Below are positions 36,687 through 45,923 of a stretch of 53,576 nt of DNA, in pieces (position 1 is the first letter of the stretch; the number at the start of each line of letters is the position of its first letter). The stretch lies in IMG/VR virus record IMGVR_UViG_3300027580_000001. One strand, given 5' to 3'. Both the position numbers and the translations under genes were made by a program. A model generated the notes under the pieces. That model did no database searches. It saw nothing but the letters and a program-made list of their open reading frames with translations, and had not been told where the DNA came from. This DNA is from a virus.

Positions 36687-37046
36687 ATGTTGAAGAACAC
36701 GAACGCCACGAAAGAAGGTATCGAAACGGCAGGCGAGACCGCCCTCAGCCGGCTCTCAAGCATCGACGACCGCCTCCGCCCCGGCGTCAGCCCGGGCGCC
36801 ACCGTGAAGACCGGCTCCTCACTGATGAGCACGGAGATCGTCGCCGTCAAGGAGGACGTCCCCGAGGACGTCGCCCAGCTGGGCATCGTCCGGTGGGCCC
36901 GCTACGAGGTCATCGACGAGCCGGTCACCGGGGTCGTCGGCGAGACCGCCGACGGCTCGACGTACCACCTGAAGCGTCGCGACGGCGAGCTGCTCGCGAC
37001 GCCCGCCGACATCGAGATCCCGGAGGTCGACGGGGTGGGCAGCTGA
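36687..37046 (+). CDS. Hypothetical early protein
   Basis: First ORF after the rightward promoter; typical codon usage. Confidence 0.7.
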   Translation: MLKNTNATKEGIETAGETALSRLSSIDDRLRPGVSPGATVKTGSSLMSTEIVAVKEDVPEDVAQLGIVRWARYEVIDEPVTGVVGETADGSTYHLKRRDGELLATPADIEIPEVDGVGS

Positions 37047-37327
37047 TGGGGCGGAAGTGCCGGAAGTGTGGCCAGCGAACTGGCCCGAATCGGCGGCTCT
37101 GTAAGATGTGCTCGCTCGACAAGCGGTACGGGAACGACCCGACCGAGGACCAGGCTGACGAGGATCCCGACGAGCTCGAGTACGAGTGTTCCAACTGCGG
37201 CCACGAGTACGTCGGCACCCTCTCCGACGACTGCCCCGAGTGCGGCCACGACCGATGCCGGTACGTCGGGCCACTCTCCGGCGACGGCAGCGAATCAACC
37301 GACGACACCAACCGAGTGACTACCTGA
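37046..37327 (+). CDS. Zn-finger protein
   Basis: CRKC/CKMC and CSNC/CPEC pairs; TGATG coupling. Confidence 0.7.
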   Translation: MGRKCRKCGQRTGPNRRLCKMCSLDKRYGNDPTEDQADEDPDELEYECSNCGHEYVGTLSDDCPECGHDRCRYVGPLSGDGSESTDDTNRVTT

Positions 37328-37698
37328 TGCAACTGAACACCCAGCAGGACGGACTGATGCTGTCGCCGTTCCTCGTCAGCGGGAACGTCGGCTTCAAGCT
37401 CCCCGCGGTCGCGGACTGGGGCGACCGCGGCGACGTCACCAGCGTCGACATCGCCTCGACCGCGGTCCAGCCGTCCGGGAGCGACGACCACGCCTACCTC
37501 GTCGTCGAGACCGAGGTGTACTTCGACGGCGAGGAGGAACCCGTCACCGCGTGGGCGTGCTCGTGCCCGCAGTGGCACTACCGCGAGCAGGCCGACGACC
37601 CGCGCGAGGCCGGCGAGTGCAAGCACATCCGCGCCGAGAGCAAGGTGAGCCGGGCGCAGGCCGACGAGGACCAGGTCACGCTCGGGGGTGACGACTGA
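37327..37698 (+). CDS. SWIM Zn-finger protein
   Basis: WACSCPQWHYR...CKHI. Confidence 0.8.
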   Translation: MQLNTQQDGLMLSPFLVSGNVGFKLPAVADWGDRGDVTSVDIASTAVQPSGSDDHAYLVVETEVYFDGEEEPVTAWACSCPQWHYREQADDPREAGECKHIRAESKVSRAQADEDQVTLGGDD

Positions 37699-38204
37699 TG
37701 CAGCTGCGCGACTCCCAGCGCGCGGCCGAGGACCTCGCGAACGAGCTCGACATCGTCGACGACCAGGACCTCGACACGCTGCGGGCCGACGAGATGTTCG
37801 CCGCCTGGGCGTACATCTACCAGCAGGCCGACCTCTACGCGGCGGACGTCGAGGAGACGCTCGCCGGCGACGCGATGAAGGAGGCTGCCCGGGTGGCGGC
37901 CCGCGGCGCTCGCGACGTCGCGGTCACCCGCGCCGAGGAGCTGCTCGGCCGGCGGCTTCGCCAGTACACGCGCCTCGAGGAGTTCGCCGCCTGGGTGTCG
38001 GGCGAACTCTGCCTCGACGCCAGCGCCCGGAACGACGACGGGTACGTCGTGATCCGCGCGAGCGAGGCCGCCGTCGCGGACAACTGCGACCGCCTCCAGG
38101 AGCGCGGCATTCCCGCGCGCGTCGACGAGGACGACCCGACGCGGCTCGTCGTCTACCCGCCGATGGGTCACGGCGCCCGCAGCGAGGCCCCCGGCGGCCG
38201 ATGA
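37698..38204 (+). CDS. Hypothetical protein
   Basis: TGATG coupling; GGGGGTGA RBS. Confidence 0.7.
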   Translation: MQLRDSQRAAEDLANELDIVDDQDLDTLRADEMFAAWAYIYQQADLYAADVEETLAGDAMKEAARVAARGARDVAVTRAEELLGRRLRQYTRLEEFAAWVSGELCLDASARNDDGYVVIRASEAAVADNCDRLQERGIPARVDEDDPTRLVVYPPMGHGARSEAPGGR

Positions 38205-38284
38205 CGTACCACGTCGTCTGCCACGACTGACTCCCCGCGGCTGAGGGACCCATATTTTTGTCACGTTCGTCCCACGTACCGAGC

Positions 38285-38899
38285 ATGGGACTCTGGAACG
38301 CCTACAAGAAGCTCTGGACGGCCCCGATCGCGAAGCTCCGCGGCTCGGGCGGCTCGTCGGTTGACGTCGACGCGAGTACGTTCCCGGTCGAGATCGTCAC
38401 CGCCGAGAGCGACCTGTTCGGTGAACTCACCGTGCCGACACAGAGCGATGGAGCGACAATCACGCAGAGCGGCTGGCGCGTTGGAGGTGACACGTTCGCC
38501 CGGACCACATCGTCGGGGACCGTCGAGGAGGAGCCCTACGAGGACCTGATCACTCGACTCCGCGTCCTCGAGGACGAGATCGAGATGGGCGTGCTTCTGG
38601 ATGACGGCTACAAGGCGATCAACGACGCGAAGAAGGGCGCGCAGCCCACTCGGACAATCCGAATCAGTCTGGATGACATCACGGACGTCCGCACGGGCTC
38701 CGGTGCGCGGGATCCTGGTTTCACGTTCGAGACCGCGGACGACGTCTACCAAGTCGAGCTCCACAACTACAACGGACTGCTGTCCGCCAGCGGAGACTTC
38801 GAGACCGGGTGGCTCGACGAGCTCGTCGACGCAATCGAGGAGCGGAGTGACCGCTCGGACTCGGACGACACAGCGGCTGAGACCGAGGCGCCCGGGTAG
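38285..38899 (+). CDS. Hypothetical protein, probable moron with its own promoter
   Basis: ATG at 38285 after an AT-rich ATATTTTT box; slightly atypical codon usage. Confidence 0.65.
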   Translation: MGLWNAYKKLWTAPIAKLRGSGGSSVDVDASTFPVEIVTAESDLFGELTVPTQSDGATITQSGWRVGGDTFARTTSSGTVEEEPYEDLITRLRVLEDEIEMGVLLDDGYKAINDAKKGAQPTRTIRISLDDITDVRTGSGARDPGFTFETADDVYQVELHNYNGLLSASGDFETGWLDELVDAIEERSDRSDSDDTAAETEAPG

Positions 38900-38958
38900 G
38901 TAGTTGCCGGAAGTGTGACCCTTCTTTATGTATTATCCCCTGATTAATATTCATCTGT

Positions 38959-40017
38959 ATGATAACTGACCCCCGCGTCTTTCAGGACGAGTACCTCCCA
39001 CGGGAGCTGAAGCACCGGGAGGGGCCGGTCGAAGAGCTCTGCCGTGCCTTCGACCCTGCCGTCGACGGCGACCAGGCGACCGACGTGCTCGTTGCCGGTC
39101 CGTCCGGGGTCGGGAAGACCGTCCTGGTCCGGCACACGCTCGGCCGACTCGAGCAGTACGCCGACGTCGACCACGCCCACATCGAGTGCCTCGGCGTCGA
39201 CACGAAGGACGTCCTCCAGGCCGCCCTCCAGAAGCACCGGGCTCCCGTCGACGTTCGCGACGACGCCGACGTCGAGGACCTCCGCGACCAGCTCCGCGAG
39301 ACGATCCGCCAGCCGTACATCCTCGTCCTCGACGAGGCCGACGCGCTCCCGGACGCCGGGATCCTCGACGACGTCATCGACATCGCGGGGGTGTCGATCG
39401 TCGGGATCTGCCACGACCAGGAGCGGTGGCTCGCTCGCGTCAGCGACGACGTCCGGCGCCGGCTCGCGGCGCCGATCCAACTCGACCGGTACGGCGTCAG
39501 CGAGCTCTCGTCGATTCTCCGCGACCGCGCCGACCAGGGCCTCCGGCGGGGCGCCGTCGACGACGAGCAGCTCCGTACCATCGCCGACGAGGTCGCCGGC
39601 GTCGCGAGGTACGGGATCCAGGCACTGCGGGCTGCCGCTGAGTTCGCGAGCGACCGAGCCCACAGTCAGATCGAGCCGGACGACGTCGAGGACTCCTTCG
39701 AGCTCGCGCGTCGTCGGATGCGACGGTCGAGTCTCCACTCGCTTCCGTTCCACCACCACGTCCTGTACGGGTTGATTCACCAGGCCGGGAAGATCTCGGC
39801 GAGCACGCTCCACGAGCAGTACGAAGAGATCGCCGAGGACGTGTACTTCGGGCGGGACCTCACGCCGATCGGCGGGCGGGCCCGGCGGAACAAGCTCTCG
39901 AAGCTCCGAGTGTACGACCTCATCGACTACCAGGGCCCGCCCCAGAACCGCTGGTACTACGTGCTGGATGAGTCGATCGAGGCGCCGGTGTCGCTCCCGG
40001 TTCTTAACCAACACTAA
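38959..40017 (+). CDS. cdc6: Orc1/Cdc6 family replication initiator
   Basis: FQDEYLPRELKHRE, GPSGVGKT Walker A, LVLDEAD Walker B, LDRYGVSELSSILRDRA, C-terminal winged helix. Confidence 0.93.
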   Translation: MITDPRVFQDEYLPRELKHREGPVEELCRAFDPAVDGDQATDVLVAGPSGVGKTVLVRHTLGRLEQYADVDHAHIECLGVDTKDVLQAALQKHRAPVDVRDDADVEDLRDQLRETIRQPYILVLDEADALPDAGILDDVIDIAGVSIVGICHDQERWLARVSDDVRRRLAAPIQLDRYGVSELSSILRDRADQGLRRGAVDDEQLRTIADEVAGVARYGIQALRAAAEFASDRAHSQIEPDDVEDSFELARRRMRRSSLHSLPFHHHVLYGLIHQAGKISASTLHEQYEEIAEDVYFGRDLTPIGGRARRNKLSKLRVYDLIDYQGPPQNRWYYVLDESIEAPVSLPVLNQH

Positions 40018-40044
40018 GACGCTACACCCGCGTCTGTTGGTTAA
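40004..40044. repeat. Inverted repeat TTAACCAACA-N21-TGTTGGTTAA
   Basis: Perfect 10-bp arms; the left arm overlaps the last codons of cdc6. Confidence 0.85.
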
Positions 40045-40097
40045 ACCGCTGAGGCGAGCACCCGCTGTTCGGTGAGCTTTGTTCTGTCTCGAATGAA

Positions 40098-40292
40098 TTA
40101 ATCAGCCGTCATCGCAGCAGTCGTCTCCTCGCCGTTTCCCTCGGCGTTTCCCTCTTCATCCTCCTGCAGGTAGTCCCGCAGCGCTGCGCGAACGATATCC
40201 GATTCGCTCGGCTCGTACGGCGATTTAGCCTTCTCCTTCTCGATGAGCTCTTCGAGGTCGTCGTCGATGCGGACGCTGAGTTGCTTACCCAT
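40098..40292 (-). CDS. Ribbon-helix-helix (CopG-like) regulator
   Basis: KQLSVRIDDDLEELIE...SESDIVRAALRDYL. Confidence 0.85.
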   Translation of the reverse strand: MGKQLSVRIDDDLEELIEKEKAKSPYEPSESDIVRAALRDYLQEDEEGNAEGNGEETTAAMTAD

Positions 40293-40400
40293 CGTGTTGC
40301 GGATGTTGATACCAAACACAAATAAGGCTAAGTGTTAGGTGTAATGCCACGTCATACACGCACCACAAGCATTATACTGTAACACACGCAACACCGCGCT
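40293..40400. promoter_or_regulatory. Divergent promoters of the RHH pair
   Basis: TATA-like CCTTATTT (-, 40319-40326) and TTATA (+, 40372-40376), each ~25 nt from a probably leaderless ATG; inverted GTGTTGCG/CGCAACAC at 40295-302 and 40387-94. Confidence 0.6.
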
Positions 40401-40589
40401 ATGGGTGACCAAGAAAACGACGATGAACACATCCACGTCCGGTGTGACGACGAGTTCAAACGACGGGTCAACCTCGCGGCCGCAGCGACCGACCGCAACC
40501 TCAGCGAGTACGTTCGCGAGACGCTCGACGAGGCCGCCGAGGAGGATCTGGACGGAGTTGTCGTCGACGACGTCCGCGTAGACGCATAG
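40401..40589 (+). CDS. Ribbon-helix-helix regulator
   Basis: HIHVRCDDEFKRRVNLAAAATDRNLSEYVRETL. Confidence 0.85.
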   Translation: MGDQENDDEHIHVRCDDEFKRRVNLAAAATDRNLSEYVRETLDEAAEEDLDGVVVDDVRVDA

Positions 40590-40966
40590 CTCGCCAGAAA
40601 TAGCGGTACTGGCGCGCCCCCACGCGCCAGCTGATCACCAAAAACGCATGCAAGCACACACGCCACAGCGGCTTAGTTATAGAGCCGATAAGCCGACGCC
40701 GCGGTCAGTAAGTACAGCTTACCGGACACCTCGTTCTTGCCGGAAATACAATACCCGTCTTTATACGCGGAGGTTCAACATCGCAGGTACCTCCGCGGTT
40801 CCCTCCGGACGCGCCACGTCTCTGCCAGGAGTCCCGGCGCGTCCGGCGCACCGCGGGCCCCGAAGCCAACTATGCAAGCTCAGCCACAGGGCCGTGGGCA
40901 CCTTCTCGGGCCCGGCCAAAGACGGTATCGCTTCACAGAACTCGCGGGACACGACCGGAGGCAGCC

Positions 40967-41503
40967 ATGAGCGGTGAGGGCGAGGCAGCGGGCAGTCTGA
41001 ACGCCCGCCAGGCCCTCCTCCAGGCCATCGACGAGCACGCCACCGAGACCGGAGCGCCGGTCGGCGACGTCATCGAGGCCGCACTCGAGGACGTCAACGG
41101 AGGACTCGGTCGCGTCTGCTCGGCGATGCAGCAGCTCCACGCCGACGGTGAGGTCTACCAGCCGAACCCGACGAGTGTTCGCCGGGTCGCCACCGACGGC
41201 GGTCGCGACGCTGGCTCGCCGGAGTCGCGGCTTCAGGAGGTCCGGAAGCAGCTCCGTCTCGTTCTGGACGACGTCGAGTTCGAGGACGAAGACGCTGCCG
41301 AGTACGTCGAGGGCGCCCTCGCCTGCGCGGAGTCGGCGGCCGTCTGCCTCGAGGGCCCGGACGTCCTCGAGGACGAGGACTCGATCACCGACCCGCCCGT
41401 TCCGATGGTGACGTCGGTCGGCCCGCTCGGCACAACCGTCGCCGGCCCCGAGCCCGGGGCGTACCAGCGCTGGGAGAACCAGCGCGAGGGAGGTGAACGA
41501 TGA
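40967..41503 (+). CDS. Protein with an N-terminal winged helix
   Basis: APVGDVIEAA...SAMQQLHADGEVYQP..TSVRRV; GGAGG RBS. Confidence 0.7.
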   Translation: MSGEGEAAGSLNARQALLQAIDEHATETGAPVGDVIEAALEDVNGGLGRVCSAMQQLHADGEVYQPNPTSVRRVATDGGRDAGSPESRLQEVRKQLRLVLDDVEFEDEDAAEYVEGALACAESAAVCLEGPDVLEDEDSITDPPVPMVTSVGPLGTTVAGPEPGAYQRWENQREGGER

Positions 41504-42153
41504 CGCCCGAAGAGGCCTCCGCGCTCGCCGCGATCGTCGAGTCCGTCGACGACGCCGGCGGCCGGATCACCGGCACCGAGGTCGACCACGAGAACATCGG
41601 CGGCGTCGCGAGCGCGATGCGGCAGATGATGGGCGGCGAGCCGAAGACCCGCCCCATCTTCACGCTCGAGATCGCCGCGGCGCCGAGTGAGGTCCTCGAC
41701 GAGGACGCCGGTCGCGACGAGGCCACCGGCGCCGAGGGTGCGGTCGCCGTCGACGTCGAGACCGCCGAGACCTGTCTGCGCGAGCTCGATATCCTCGTCG
41801 ACGAGACGGAGGACCCCAAGAACGAGTACGGCGACCCGATGTCGCCGCTCGCCCGCGCCCGGTCGCGCATCGTGGCACTCGACGACGTCGACGAGGAGAC
41901 CCAGCGCGAGGTCCTGGACGTCATCGACGAGGTCGGCGAGGCGACCGGCGCGGAGACGTCGCCGATCGACCCGCTCCAGGACGACATCTTCCAGGCGAAG
42001 AGCAACCTCGAGGACGCGCTCGGAACCGCCGGCGACGGTGACGGCGACGCCCCGAACGATGGATGCGGCGCCTCGGTCCAACACGAGCACGAGGGCGCGG
42101 TGGAGCTGACGTTCGACGAGGATCCGGCGGACGAAGGAGGTGAGCAACAGTGA
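41500..42153 (+). CDS. Hypothetical acidic protein
   Basis: ATGA coupling; GGAGGTGA RBS. Confidence 0.7.
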   Translation: MTPEEASALAAIVESVDDAGGRITGTEVDHENIGGVASAMRQMMGGEPKTRPIFTLEIAAAPSEVLDEDAGRDEATGAEGAVAVDVETAETCLRELDILVDETEDPKNEYGDPMSPLARARSRIVALDDVDEETQREVLDVIDEVGEATGAETSPIDPLQDDIFQAKSNLEDALGTAGDGDGDAPNDGCGASVQHEHEGAVELTFDEDPADEGGEQQ

Positions 42154-42632
42154 CGCCGGACCTCGAACCCGACGATACCGCGACGCTCACCGCGTTCCAG
42201 CGTGACATCCTCACGGCGATCGCCGCGCACCACACCGATGGCGGCGAGTATCCCTACGGCCTCGCCATCAAGCGGTCGCTGGAGGACTACCGGCAGACGG
42301 CGGTCAACCACGGCCGACTCTACCCGAACCTCGACACGCTCGTCGAGGAGGGGCTCGTCGCGAAGAGCGAGATCGACAAGCGGACCAACCGGTACGCACT
42401 GACCGACGCCGGCTGGACCGCGCTGAAGCAGCGGGCGGCGCTGCTCCAGGACGTCGTCGACGACGAAACCGAGGACGCTCCCCAGCCCGTCACCGACGGC
42501 GGCGAGGACGTCTGCCCGACCTGCGGCGAGGCCCCCGAGAAGAGCTACCGCTGCCAGAAGTGCGGTGCCGACCTCGCGGGGAAGGGGACCTCATCCAGCA
42601 GTAGCCGCGCCAACCTGGGTGATCCGCAGTGA
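42150..42632 (+). CDS. PadR-family transcriptional regulator with a C-terminal Zn ribbon
   Basis: LTAFQRDIL...YGLAIKRSLE.Y...VNHGRLYPNLDTLVEEGLV...DKRTNRYALT; CPTC/CQKC. Confidence 0.9.
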   Translation: MTPDLEPDDTATLTAFQRDILTAIAAHHTDGGEYPYGLAIKRSLEDYRQTAVNHGRLYPNLDTLVEEGLVAKSEIDKRTNRYALTDAGWTALKQRAALLQDVVDDETEDAPQPVTDGGEDVCPTCGEAPEKSYRCQKCGADLAGKGTSSSSSRANLGDPQ

Positions 42633-42784
42633 CCGTCGGACCGCTCTGGTTCGCGGTGTCGGTGGTCCTCGTGTTCCTCCTCGGCTGGTCGATGGGGTAC
42701 GGCAACGGTCGCGCGAAGGGCAAGGTCGAGGTCCTCGAAGCGGAGCTCGGCCTGGACGACGACAACGCGGGTGAGAACCAGTGA
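42629..42784 (+). CDS. Small single-TM membrane protein (51 aa)
   Basis: GTG coupled to the upstream stop; PLWFAVSVVLVFLLGWSMGYG. Confidence 0.6.
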   Translation: MTVGPLWFAVSVVLVFLLGWSMGYGNGRAKGKVEVLEAELGLDDDNAGENQ

Positions 42785-43020
42785 GCGCGGAGTCGTTCCT
42801 GTACGAGGCCGTCGACCTGGACGACGTCTCCGTCGGTCGCGAGGAGGACGTCTTCGAGGTCACCTGCCGCAGCCACGACGGCGACGGCAAGATCGAGACC
42901 GAGCCCGTTCACGACCTCGCCCTCGAGCACGATCTCCGAGTCCGGAACACCGTCGCCGACTTCGACACCGGCGAGGTCCGGCTCGAGCTCATCCCGGCAG
43001 GGGGTGAGGCCGATGCGTAG
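42781..43020 (+). CDS. Hypothetical protein
   Basis: GTGA coupling. Confidence 0.65.
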   Translation: MSAESFLYEAVDLDDVSVGREEDVFEVTCRSHDGDGKIETEPVHDLALEHDLRVRNTVADFDTGEVRLELIPAGGEADA

Positions 43021-43198
43021 GCCGTCGCCCGCGCAGTGGCGGCAGGCCAACGTCGACGCCGTCCGCGCGAGCGCCGGCGTCGCCGACCAGGACAACACCT
43101 GCCCGCACGGGACGCCCGGCTGTCCAGGCCCGAACTCCCCGTCGAGCGCGCTTCCCTGCAGCCAGTGTTTCCTCGGAGGTGACGAGGCCGATGCCTGA
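43013..43198 (+). CDS. Small Cys-rich protein
   Basis: CPHG..GC...LPCSQC; RBS GGGGGTGA. Confidence 0.6.
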   Translation: MRRPSPAQWRQANVDAVRASAGVADQDNTCPHGTPGCPGPNSPSSALPCSQCFLGGDEADA

Positions 43199-43685
43199 GA
43201 AGCATATTCGACTCGGGAGCATCGTCCTGGACCGGTCGCGGAACCAGGCGCTGCGGGTGGTCGGTCGCGACCACCGCCGCGCCGGCGAGCACCCGGACAT
43301 CGACGTCGACGACGCGATGGCCCGGGAGTGGGGCGTCACCGAGAACGACGTCGTCTACGACTGCGTGTTCCTCCCGACCGGCGAGGACGCCGTCTCCAGC
43401 CCGAAGCGACCGTACGCCTACCCCGAGGGCCGGCTGACGCGGTACCCAGTCGAGGCCGCGCTCGACGAGGATGCCCGGCGGGTTCACACCCAGATCCTCA
43501 CCGAGTTCCTGGCGGCCGTCCTCGAGCGCGCGAAGGCCGACAAGCGAGCCGACCGGCGCGTCGGCGCCATCTTCGAGATGGTCAACGAGGCCGACTTCGA
43601 GGCCGAGGTCCCGGCGGAGGTCCTCCTCGAGGAGGCCGAGGAGCTCGCCGACGTCGAGGCCACGATGGGCGGGGGTGACCGATAG
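43191..43685 (+). CDS. Hypothetical protein (SH3/KOW-like N-terminus)
   Basis: IRLGSIVLDRS...VYDCVFL...YAYPEGRLTR; RBS GGAGGTGA. Confidence 0.65.
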   Translation: MPEKHIRLGSIVLDRSRNQALRVVGRDHRRAGEHPDIDVDDAMAREWGVTENDVVYDCVFLPTGEDAVSSPKRPYAYPEGRLTRYPVEAALDEDARRVHTQILTEFLAAVLERAKADKRADRRVGAIFEMVNEADFEAEVPAEVLLEEAEELADVEATMGGGDR

Positions 43686-44027
43686 ATGTCGGACGCCCGC
43701 GTCGCCGAGGTCGAGTTCGACGAGCGGTCGGCGTTCATGACCTTCGACGCCCTCGAGCGCGCGATGCTCCACGCCGCCCAGGAGGAGGAGATGGAGGTCG
43801 CCGCGGAGTACCTGGACACGCTGTTCCTCCTGCAGACGCAGGCCGAGGAGATCACCGACGCCTACCACGACGAGACCGACTCCATGCTCGACGACGAGTC
43901 GGTCCGCGAGGAGCAGGAGGCCATCAACGCGGCCATCCTCGAAGTCAAGCAGTGGGCCATCTCCCACGAGCACGACGTCGCCGAGTGGTTCTCAGCTGAG
44001 TCCGAGGAGGGGGGAGCCGATGTCTGA
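43686..44027 (+). CDS. Hypothetical helical protein
   Basis: ORF track; contiguous operon. Confidence 0.65.
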   Translation: MSDARVAEVEFDERSAFMTFDALERAMLHAAQEEEMEVAAEYLDTLFLLQTQAEEITDAYHDETDSMLDDESVREEQEAINAAILEVKQWAISHEHDVAEWFSAESEEGGADV

Positions 44028-44391
44028 TGAAGAGGAGGAGGCTAAGCGCGCCCACGAGCTGATCACGGCGCTGCGGAACGACGGTTACGACGTCGCGTAC
44101 GGCGCGCCGACGAACGAGGACTTCCCCGAGCACGTCACGACGGCCCGCGACGCCCTTGAGGACCCCGACGAGCTGATGGGGTACTTCTTGGTCGCGATGA
44201 CCGAGGGAAAGACGGACTACTACTCCAGCACGGTCCTCGGCGCCGGCACGCCGATGGCGCTGGCGCAGATACAGATGCTCGGCGCGCACTTCCGGTCCGT
44301 CCTGGAGGCCACCGGCCTGGACACGACCGACCTCATCGACGCGATGGTCGATGAAGCACTCGCCATCGACGGAGGTGAGGACGGTGCGTAG
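44020..44391 (+). CDS. Hypothetical protein
   Basis: ORF track; overlaps both neighbours. Confidence 0.65.
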   Translation: MSDEEEEAKRAHELITALRNDGYDVAYGAPTNEDFPEHVTTARDALEDPDELMGYFLVAMTEGKTDYYSSTVLGAGTPMALAQIQMLGAHFRSVLEATGLDTTDLIDAMVDEALAIDGGEDGA

Positions 44392-44638
44392 CTGGCGCGA
44401 CCAGGCCTGCGAGAACCTCGAAACGTGGGGCGAGCAGACCTACCCGGAGCTCGCCCTCGCGACGGTCGAGGAGATCGGCGAACTCGCGCAGGCCATCCTC
44501 GAGCACGAGTACAAGGACGGCGCCGCCGACCGCATCCCGAAGGAGCTCGCCGACGTCGGCGCACTCGGCTACCAGCTGTACTGGAAGCGAACCGGCTACC
44601 CCGACGACCTCGTGGAGGTGCGTCTCGACGATGTCTGA
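44384..44638 (+). CDS. MazG-like all-alpha NTP pyrophosphohydrolase
   Basis: LATVEEIGELAQAI...IPKELADVGAL (EExxE...ExxD). Confidence 0.8.
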   Translation: MRSWRDQACENLETWGEQTYPELALATVEEIGELAQAILEHEYKDGAADRIPKELADVGALGYQLYWKRTGYPDDLVEVRLDDV

Positions 44639-44801
44639 GACGGTCGACCTCTCCTGTCCGAACGGGTGTTTCGACCTGGAGGTCAGCGGGAGCCACACCG
44701 CTCGCGACGACCGAGAGTTCCTCGAGGACGTCGCCATAGCCGACGGCGCCGGTGAGTGTCCGAACTGCGGCGCCGACTGCCGAGGTGATCACGGTGTCTG
44801 A
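44631..44801 (+). CDS. Small Zn-ribbon protein (56 aa; not in the ORF track)
   Basis: MSETVDLSCPNGC...ECPNCG; 8-nt overlaps at both ends. Confidence 0.6.
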   Translation: MSETVDLSCPNGCFDLEVSGSHTARDDREFLEDVAIADGAGECPNCGADCRGDHGV

Positions 44802-45186
44802 GCAGGTCAGTCTCCTGTTCGCGAGGCTCGCCGAGCTCGCCGACGCCGAAGGCGACGTCCCGGACGACGGGTCGGGCATCGATGGCGTCTGGACGACGAC
44901 CGTCCCGGCTCGCGACCGCGAGCGCGACTGGAACGTCGCGATGAACGCGGACACCGACCAAGAGCACACGGTCGAGGGCTTCCCCGGCGAGGACGACGAG
45001 GTCTCCATCCGCGCGGGGAGCGCGACCGTCTGGCTCGGCCGCTGGCCCGCGGGGGTCCTCGGTCCGTTCGGCGGCCAACTGGCAGTCGAGCAGCTGGACG
45101 ACGGCCCGCAGAGCATCGAGGACGAACTGATCGACGACGTCGACGCCCGGATCGAGGCGCTCGGAGCGGGTGGTCCCGATGCCTGA
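44794..45186 (+). CDS. Hypothetical protein
   Basis: GTG after a GAGGTGA RBS. Confidence 0.65.
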   Translation: MSEQVSLLFARLAELADAEGDVPDDGSGIDGVWTTTVPARDRERDWNVAMNADTDQEHTVEGFPGEDDEVSIRAGSATVWLGRWPAGVLGPFGGQLAVEQLDDGPQSIEDELIDDVDARIEALGAGGPDA

Positions 45187-45394
45187 GGAGGCGTTTACCC
45201 TCACGATGCGCGTCGGGAACGCGCCCGTCTCCGTTCCGGGGAGTGAGACCGACACCTGCGACGGCTGCGGCGAGGACGTCGTCGTGAGCCCGGCGACACG
45301 GCAGGCGATGGACCGCAGCGTCTACCCGACGGCCATCCGCTGCCTGACGTGCGCCACCGACGAGCCCGAACCGCGAGGTGGTCACGGTGGGTGA
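45179..45394 (+). CDS. Small Zn-finger protein
   Basis: CDGC...CLTC. Confidence 0.6.
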   Translation: MPEEAFTLTMRVGNAPVSVPGSETDTCDGCGEDVVVSPATRQAMDRSVYPTAIRCLTCATDEPEPRGGHGG

Positions 45395-45923
45395 CGCCGT
45401 CTCCGAGGCGGCGGACTACGCCACTCGGATGGTCGAGCAGCACCGGGAGAACCCGCGGATGGCGGTCGCGCAGGCCGTCTCCGAACACGGAGTCCAGGCC
45501 GACGATCGCGAGACGGTTCTTCAGCTGGTCAAGGACCAGACCGGCGAGACTGCGTCGACGGACGGTGGCCGGACCCGCAGCGAGGACGACGGGCCGGACA
45601 TCGACGGCACTCTCCTCGACGAGCTCGAGGAGGTCCTGGCGAACCATCGCGGGCCGGAGAACGCGATCAGCTCCGGCGAGATCGCGGACGAACTCGGTAT
45701 CGACGATTCGAGCTCGAACCCGCGCACCCGGGAGGCCGTGAAGGCCCTCCTGGAGGAGCGCGAGCTGCCGGTCATCTCGAACTCGAACGGGTACTTCGTC
45801 GCGACGGCGGAGAGCCAGGTCGAGGAGGAGATCGACTCCCTACAGTCGCGGATCCAGGGCATCCAGCAGCGCCAGCAGCTGATCCGTGACGCATGGGAGT
45901 CCAACAGCGAGGTGAGCGGCTGA
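45387..45923 (+). CDS. HTH-domain protein
   Basis: NAISSGEIADELGI...TREAVKALLEERELPVISNSNGYF. Confidence 0.75.
   Translation: MGDAVSEAADYATRMVEQHRENPRMAVAQAVSEHGVQADDRETVLQLVKDQTGETASTDGGRTRSEDDGPDIDGTLLDELEEVLANHRGPENAISSGEIADELGIDDSSSNPRTREAVKALLEERELPVISNSNGYFVATAESQVEEEIDSLQSRIQGIQQRQQLIRDAWESNSEVSG

Noticed and set aside
40648-40977. ORFs 40648..40977 and 48948..49364 as genes
   Set aside because: Basic, Arg/Ser-rich composition unlike the acidic proteome; they span promoter-like and hairpin sequences
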